NCBI RefSeq assembly: GCF_000150275.1
Contig: NW_002061023.1
Coordinates: 14,695-22,456 of the forward strand
Source: Trichoplax adhaerens
Taxonomy: Eukaryota > Animalia > Placozoa
Direction: 5' to 3'
Length of the DNA: 7,762 nt
Within the stretch, counting starts at the first letter, position 1, and the number at the start of each line of letters is the position of its first letter. This document shows positions 1 through 7,300 of the stretch, in pieces. The notes under the pieces were generated by a model that saw only the letters and a program-made list of their open reading frames with translations, did no database searches and was not told the DNA's origin. The position numbers and the translations under genes were made by a program.

Positions 1-617
1 ATATGGCAGACTAATTGAAACTATCCATGATTGTTTTTCTCCACTTGCAAATTGCAAATCATTCTATTCTCCCTCCAGCGATTTATTTCCTATTAGCTTG
101 AGCTATTCTTATGCCCTACGGCCAAATCATTGGAGTTTGCCATACAGGCTGTTTATTTTATGCTGGCTTCTATCATGGCCGATTTGGGTCAACGATAGAA
201 GTTTTTCCTCTTGCCTGCCGATCTTATCCAATCCGATCAATTCGTTTACTGTCGTTCCATCTTGACCAACTTGTAGATTGTTGGTTTTAACCGACATCAA
301 TGAATTCATTAGCCAACGCTACAAATCAACGATCATCGTTGTTTGCCATAACTAGGCTGTTCAACACTTTTCTATTGACAAGATGTTTATTTTAGCCTGC
401 TGGAGTTGCATGTTCATTTAGTTGTCACTTGATTCTTTTTTTATTTCCACGATGTTGTATACGGATAGCATTAAACTCTGTTGTCATCCATGTTGTGGGA
501 CCTAGATCGCCTTGTACATCCTTTACCCTAGCCAGGTGAATTGATTTCAATTCATTCTCCTTGTAGTAATCGATTGGCAAATTGATTTTCATTTTTGGGT
601 CGTATCGACATGATTTT

Positions 618-1052
618 GCCTTTCCATATTCCCCTAGCATTGGCCGTTGTAGTTTATCATTGAACAGCATGAAAATTCCCTTCATAACCACAAGACATGG
701 AAAGCAAGGATCGAGAATGGAGTCCGATCCATCCATCCATTTATAACATTCATAACCACAAGACATGCAAAGTAAGCCTTTCCATGTTCTTTTAGCATGG
801 CCGTTGTAGTTTATTATTGAACAGCTTGAAAATTCCCTTCATAACCACAAGACATGGAAAGCAAGGATCGAAAATTGAGTCTGATCCATCCATCCATTTA
901 TAACATTCATAACCACAAGACATGCAAAGTAAGCCTTTCCATGTTCTTTTAGCATGGCCGTTGTAGTTTATTATTGAACAGCTTGAAAATGCCCTTCATA
1001 ACTACAAGACATGGAAAGCAAGGATCGAAAATAGAGTCTGATCCATGCATCC
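618..1052. repeat. Tandem repeat, 157-bp unit, ~2.8 copies, with an internal 28-bp sub-repeat; probably intronic
   Basis: The anchor GGCCGTTGTAGTTTA occurs at 642, 799 and 956 (period 157). TTCATAACCACAAGACATG(G/C)AAAG(C/T)AAG occurs at 681, 749, 838, 906 and 995 (one extra mismatch at 995). Confidence 0.95.
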
Positions 1053-1326
1053 TTTTACCCCCTTGAGCTCCATTCTTTTTAGTTCTCTATTCCTGTCGAC
1101 CATGTTTGTACTCAGCACAATTGAAAACGATGTTTGTTGTCCATTGCCTATCGTCAAGTTAGAAGATGGATAGTTGTTTCTTTTATTCTACAATTAGCAT
1201 GGATAAACTAATCTATTATTCATTTCATGTCCATTGCTTAGGAGTGATCCTCCTATCATCCATAGTCAATCAATAGCCAACAGCAATGATGACATAATAT
1301 CTCTTCTTTCTTTTATTCACCAATAG

Positions 1327-1367
1327 TACATGTCCGGTTCTGAAACGGCTAGCCTCCATAGTTTAAG
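1327..1367 (+). CDS. Internal exon (41 nt) of the delta-catenin-like gene, YMSGSETASLHSL(S)
   Basis: Preceded by the polypyrimidine tract CTCTTCTTTCTTTTATTCACCAATAG (AG 1325-1326) and followed by a consensus donor AAG|GTAAGT (1368). The peptide aligns ungapped to the recalled delta-catenin segment CKLGSETGSMSSMS just after the N-terminal coiled coil. Confidence 0.8.
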
Positions 1368-4300
1368 GTAAGTTCAGACTTGAAGCAGTCTCTCTTTCTT
1401 TTTTTCTTTCTCTAGCGGGGGGTAAAATGGATACGATCAAGATGTTCATGTATAGATCTGATTGCATGTTCACATGGCAATAACAGCAACAACAAGTACT
1501 TTCATTTCATTCATTTTAGCCATGATATCCATAGCAGTCTTGATGGACACTAGCTTTCATCCATCTTGCTTGGTTATAGGGACGCCAACAAAAATGGCGT
1601 CAGACAGTTGACAACAATCTAGTTCCATCATGCTTAGAATACCTTTTACTTATCCGGTAGGATAATTTGAGACAAAAGATAAATCAGTGCTCAATTAGGG
1701 AGAAAATGGGTCGATTATTCTATGGTGGAAAGTCTCTATCATAGTTTTAGATGGGAGTATAATTCTACAGTATCGAAACAGTGATTGCGAGCGTGATTCG
1801 TTTCATTTAGGATTCATTTAGTGGAGAATGAAATCAATGATATGGAGCTTGCTTTTCCTTTACCTGCTTTGAACAATTCATTGCCTTTCTAGCGAGTCTT
1901 TAAGGTTAATGTAGTCTAGGATGACGAGATTGATTTTTCTCTCTTTCAGTACATTAAAATGTCGGTACTACTATCGTTGGTTTCATTCAGGGTTGATTTA
2001 ATGGAGAATGCAATCAATGACATCGAGCTTTGCTTTTCCTCTTAATCGTTGGAATCGTTGTTGTTTATTGCCTTTCTAGTGAGTCCTTAAGGTTAATGTA
2101 GCCTAGGATGCGGAGATTGATTTTTCTCTCTTTCAGTACATTAAAATGTCGGTACTACTATCGTTGGTTTCATTCAGGGTTGATTTAGTGGAGAATGAAA
2201 TCAATGACATAGAGCTTTGTTTCTCCTCTTGGTTGTTCATTGCCTTTCTAGTGAGTCCTTAAAATTAATGTAGTCTAGGATTAAAGAGATGATGTGGAAC
2301 TTGATTTTTCACCATTAAGAGTTGAAACATTCGGTACTACTATCGTTGGCTTCGTTTAAGGTTAATTTAGTCAAGAATGAAATCAATGATATAGAGCTTT
2401 GCTTCTCCTCTCGATCGTTGCAACTGTTCATTGCCTTTCTAGTGAGTACTCAAGGTTAATGTAGTCTAGGATTAAAGAGATGATGTGGAACTTGATTTTT
2501 CACCATTAAGAGTTGAAACAGTCGGTACTACTATCGTTGGCTTCGTTTAGGGTTAATTTAGTCAAGAATGAAATCAATGACATAGAGCTTTGCTTCTCCT
2601 CTTGGTCGTTGGAATAGTTGTTCATTGCCTTTCTAGTGAGCACTCAAGGTTAATGTAGTCTAGGATTAAAGAGATGATGCGGAAAGCTTGATTTTTCTCT
2701 TGCAATAGTGTGTATAGTCAGTACTACTATCGTTGGCTTCATTTGGGATTGACTTCGTAAGGTAGAGAATGAAATTGGGAAATATAGAGCTTAATTTTCC
2801 GCTTTCAGTACTGGAGTTTACACTGTCGATGCCACTGCCATTGGGTTTCATTGACGGCTAATATACAGTTAGGAGGGATTCAATCGATAATTTGCCCTGT
2901 AGTTTCTTTTCGGTAGTTGAAACAGCTGATTGCCTCCATATATGAACTTTCATGGTTAATGGAGTACGATATCAGAGGAGATGATAGCAAACTTGATTTT
3001 CTTTTCCAGTGTCGGTAGTTTAAACAGGCAATGCTGGCCATGGCTTGCTTTACAGTTGATTTCGTAGTATAATAAATAGATGAGATGGAAGTCGATTATT
3101 CTCCTTCAGTTTAGTAATTGAAATAGTCGATACGACTATCATTGCTTTCCTTTTGGGCTAATATTAGTATAAGATGAAACAGTTGTTTATAGAGCTTGAA
3201 TTTCCTCTTTTGGGAGTCAAAACAGTGCATTGGCTTCATATCGGCTTAATTTAGTAGAAGACGAAATCGATGATGTCCAACTTAGTTTTTTCTTTTCCTC
3301 GAGTTGAAGCAGTTAATACTACTGTTATCGTCTTCCTATATAGTGATTCAAGCTTCTGTAGTAAAAGATTAACCGAGATGATCTAAAGCTTGGTTTTTCT
3401 TTTTCTCTAGTTTAAACAGTTAATATTACCGCCATTGCCTTCCTATCTCGTGATCAAAACTAATGTAGTAAAAGACTAACCGAGATGATCTAAAGCTTGG
3501 TTTTCTCTTAGGGTAGTTGAACATTTAATATCACCGCCATTGCCTTCCTATCTCGTGATCAAAACTAATGTAGTAAAAGATTAACCGAGATGATCTAAAG
3601 CTTGGTTTTTCTTTCCTCTAGTTGAAACAGTTAATATTACCGCCATTGCCTTCCTATCTCGTGATCAAAACTAATGTAGTAAAAGATTAACCGAGATGAT
3701 ATAAAGCTTGGTTTTCTCTTAGGGTAGTTGAACATTTAATATCACCGCCATTGCCTTCCTATCTCGTGATCAAAACTAGTGTCGTAAAAGATTAACCGAG
3801 ATGATAAATAAATATAGTATAAGTATATATAGTATAAATGGAAGATCACATAGGTAATATGCAGCTTGGTTTTTCTTTTCCAGTAGTTGAATACTACTGT
3901 TATCGTCTTCTTATATAGTGATCAAAGCTTATGTAGTAAAAGATGGAAAGAGTTAGTTGAGAGTTAAAATAGCATGGCCATAGTATCACCAAGAAAGAGC
4001 AGTGAATCATAGGAGAGCGCAAATATTGCCTACGATGATTAAAACAAAAAATTGACCGTAATCATTGTAGTTCTAGTTTAAATGATATCATACTATCATG
4101 ATGGAATAGTTGCCACATAAATGGCGCTCCGTAATGCCAGCGTAAATTGCTTGTTATAATTGCTATGATTGAAATATCCATCTCTCATCATTTGCATTAA
4201 GTAATGGTAATGTTATCGTATTTGGATCATGCAGTAGTTCAGAAGATTTATGGCTTAGGCAGCCATCCAATGCCAATATTGAAAACGAAGATTTTAGCGA

Positions 4301-7300
4301 TTCCAATTCCAATGTTATTATTGAATCATGCTTGTAAGTGGAATAAACTAATTTCAACATGGATTGCCGTTAATTCTGTAAATATAAGAGACGAGTAGGC
4401 TAGCTTTACGATCATTAATATCAGAATCGCATTTGAACATGATAGTATCCGATAGTAATCAATTTCCCAAGACCACATAGTGATTTAAGTTTAATCCATG
4501 AGTAGTCTATCCTTTTTCAATCCAGTATCCCAGTCAGTTCAATAATTTATCATAAACGGCCAATTAGAGTCGTAGTCAACGTAGATCATTTAGATCAATT
4601 CTAGGCGATAGTTTTAGCTATCTACGTTGGATTCGTGGAATATATCGTATAATTACAATTCTCAATCGATGCTAAAAAAAGATTGCAAATAGCACTTTCG
4701 CGTCATTATCCTAAGACACGATAGTTACAAGTCGTAAATCAATCGGCGTAGTTTGCTATAATTAATGATGAAGATTCTTGGTCTACAAAGTTGCAATATG
4801 TTTATCCAAAAGTATAAAAAGGCTTAATTTCTTTTCTCTAAATGTTATAGGAGAACACTTGAAGAGAAAGGCGTTGTTAACGAGTAAGTTGTCCTATCAT
4901 CACATTTAGCTTACTATCAACATGTCGACATGATCAAATGCTAAAAATGAAATACCTCAAGTGTGCTTACAGCAAGAAATTATAATTCAGCCATATTCAG
5001 AATTTAATAGTTTACCATATTGTAATCTTTTTTCACTTCTTAGCGTAAAATAGTTATTTTACTTATTCTCGTGCAATAAAGTTATGAGTTTTAATAACTT
5101 GTATACTTATTCATATTCTTCTGATATTTACCTTGACTACTACATTAAAATTAAGTTATGAGCATCTGTTATCATAGCATAGTCGTTAGTATTCGATTCT
5201 TAGCCACCCAATTTAATTTTCCTTTAGTAAGAAAATCAAAAGACAAAATTAAAAATACCGCTAACTCAAAAGTGTTTCGTGCACATCATTCAACCTAATT
5301 TATTGGACTACTTTTAAGGAGAGCTAATTTACAATAATTATTTATAAACTCATTTTTTCAATATTTTACTTAATCTAGCGAGGGTTCCACGCCAAATCCT
5401 AACATTTATGCAAGTTTACCTAGTAGAAATAAACTTAACAATACTATCAAAAAGAATAAGTATGATAACGATGAACATGAAAGTGGATGGAATTTCGACA
5501 TTATGACAGCACCATCTAGCGGTAAATAATGATACATGATGGTAAAGTGTTGCAAGAATAAAATTCATTTCTTGACAGGAGATTCAATTTACTTTATCTT
5601 GCAATAAAATCAGTCTACACGCATATTCATTATTGAAGTTGACTTATGTATGATGAAAATAATCAACTATCCTATCGTTTTTGCCTCGTTGTAGATATGA
5701 AAGGAGAAATAAATGATCGAAAATTATCCAATGGAATCGATCATTATGATAAAATTGCATCTAGTCAATTATCCATGGAGCGATCACTCATTCGATCTTC
5801 CTATACATCTTTACCAAGATCTGGAATTAATTTAATCATACCTGAAGGAGAAAATAGTAAACGCCAGCCATCTTCTAGTCGTGATACAATTCCAACATTG
5901 GCATCTCCTCGAAAGCAGAAACTATCACTCACTGAAGGCTATTCTACATTAGAACGACAACGCCAAGCTGCATCCAATTATGATTCCTCATCTGTCGATT
6001 ATGAATCCTATCCTTCTCGTCGTTATTATCACAAGCAACAATCACAGCCACATCTACAACAACAACAACATGATTTTCATGAGAATGCAAACAATTCAAC
6101 CAGCCCACAAGATATTCCATTACAATCGCCATCTTATGAACCTTCTGCAATATCAGATCGATACATCACTTATAAATCCGATGGATTATTACCCGTTCAA
6201 CGTAGCAATAGCACTTATAGTAATGAAACAGAAGAAAATTACNNNNNNNNNNNNNNNNNNNNNNNNNNNNNNNNNNNNNNNNNNNNNNNNNNTAAATAGT
6301 GAACGATCCAGTAGCGAATATCAACGAATTAGTAATTTTGCTTATGATTCGACATCAATTTCGTCGCGTGGCCAAAGTAAATATGCAAGAGGTGGCCGCT
6401 CTAAACGTTCAGCCAGTCAAGATGGATATGGTGAAGGAATACCTGATTATCATACCATGCCATGGACAGCATCTCGCGATAGCCGTAATTTCATGTATGA
6501 TGTTAATCGTCGTCAATCAGATCAATATACTGATCATGAACAACTTTCTATAGAGAGTCAAGGCCATATTATTTTAGTTTCTGATCGTAGTGCAAGTGGT
6601 AGGCGAAAAAATAGTACACGAAGTGGTGATGGTGGTATTGGTAGCCATCCTACAGGAACCTATGGAAGAGAAGATAACTACTATGCTGCCACTATGCCTA
6701 ATCGAGATCAACGTGGTAATAGACCACGAATACGTGGTGATGATCTATTCGACAGTAGTGGATATATTTCTGTTGCTCAGAGACCATCAAGGCAGCAATC
6801 GGTTAATGGCCGTATCTCCAGTGCAACGTCGAGTGTTCGATCGGTGGGTAGTTCACAAAAATATTCATTAACCATCGAAGATGCAGTCAATATGCTCAAG
6901 AGTGATAATTCAATCCATTCCATTAATGCTGCTGTTCATTTACAACATGCATGCTTTAATAATGATGGGGTGAAAGCAACAATTAAGCGATTAGGTGGTA
7001 TTCTTCATTTAGTTCGTATGGTGGATAGCAAGAATGAAGAAATCCAATTAAGTGCCATTGCAACCTTGCGTAATTTAGCTTATGGTAAAGCCAATGATGA
7101 AAGCAAAGGTGCTATCCTTCGCCATAAAGGTATACCAGTTCTTGCTAATGTCTTGCGGCGAACCGGTTCACCCCATGTTCGTGAAGAAATTGTACGTCTA
7201 TTGTGGAATCTATCAACATTAGAAGCTGCTAAAGAACAATTGTTAAATTTAACCTTGGATGTATTAGCTAAATTAATCGAAGATCATTCAATATCAGCTG

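Noticed and set aside
127-766. Minus-strand ORFs 127..309 and 425..766 as genes
   Set aside because: They have no recognisable domain, the longer one starts inside the 157-bp repeat, and both are antisense in a probable intron.
681-1022. CRISPR-like array (28-bp repeats with 40/61-bp spacers)
   Set aside because: The spacers are themselves repeated alternately, there are no cas genes, and the context is a spliced eukaryotic gene. It is a nested tandem repeat.
1-1326. Exon for the N-terminal coiled coil and start codon
   Set aside because: I found no spliceable + strand segment resembling EQExQFExLTRELE. It probably lies upstream of the window. The ATG at 1330 could be an alternative start but is unsupported.
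618-3944. Hammerhead-ribozyme satellite or retrozyme
   Set aside because: The unit sizes are compatible, but by eye I found no recurring CTGANGA core on either strand of the repeat units. An Infernal scan would settle it.
4163-4398. ORFs 4163..4360 (-) and 4204..4398 (+)
   Set aside because: These are antisense and alternative-frame shadows of the true exon 4235-4333.
5646-5694. ATG at 5646 as start codon
   Set aside because: It lies within the predicted intron 5522-5694, and upstream exons with family homology splice in frame at 5695.
6056-6069. (CAA)n microsatellite
   Set aside because: Only about four units encoding a short poly-Gln stretch; ordinary low-complexity coding sequence.
5980-6242. 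N-terminal ~88 aa of the 580-aa ORF
   Set aside because: This is a shadow frame joined to the true frame only through the arbitrary 50-N gap. The real frame before the gap is that of ORF 5646..6299.
6243-6299. Programmed or biological frameshift in the large exon
   Set aside because: The frame change coincides with the assembly gap.
5944-6871. ORFs 5944..6150 (-), 6299..6553 (+) and 6590..6871 (+)
   Set aside because: They overlap the catenin CDS in other frames and have the biased composition typical of off-frame translations.
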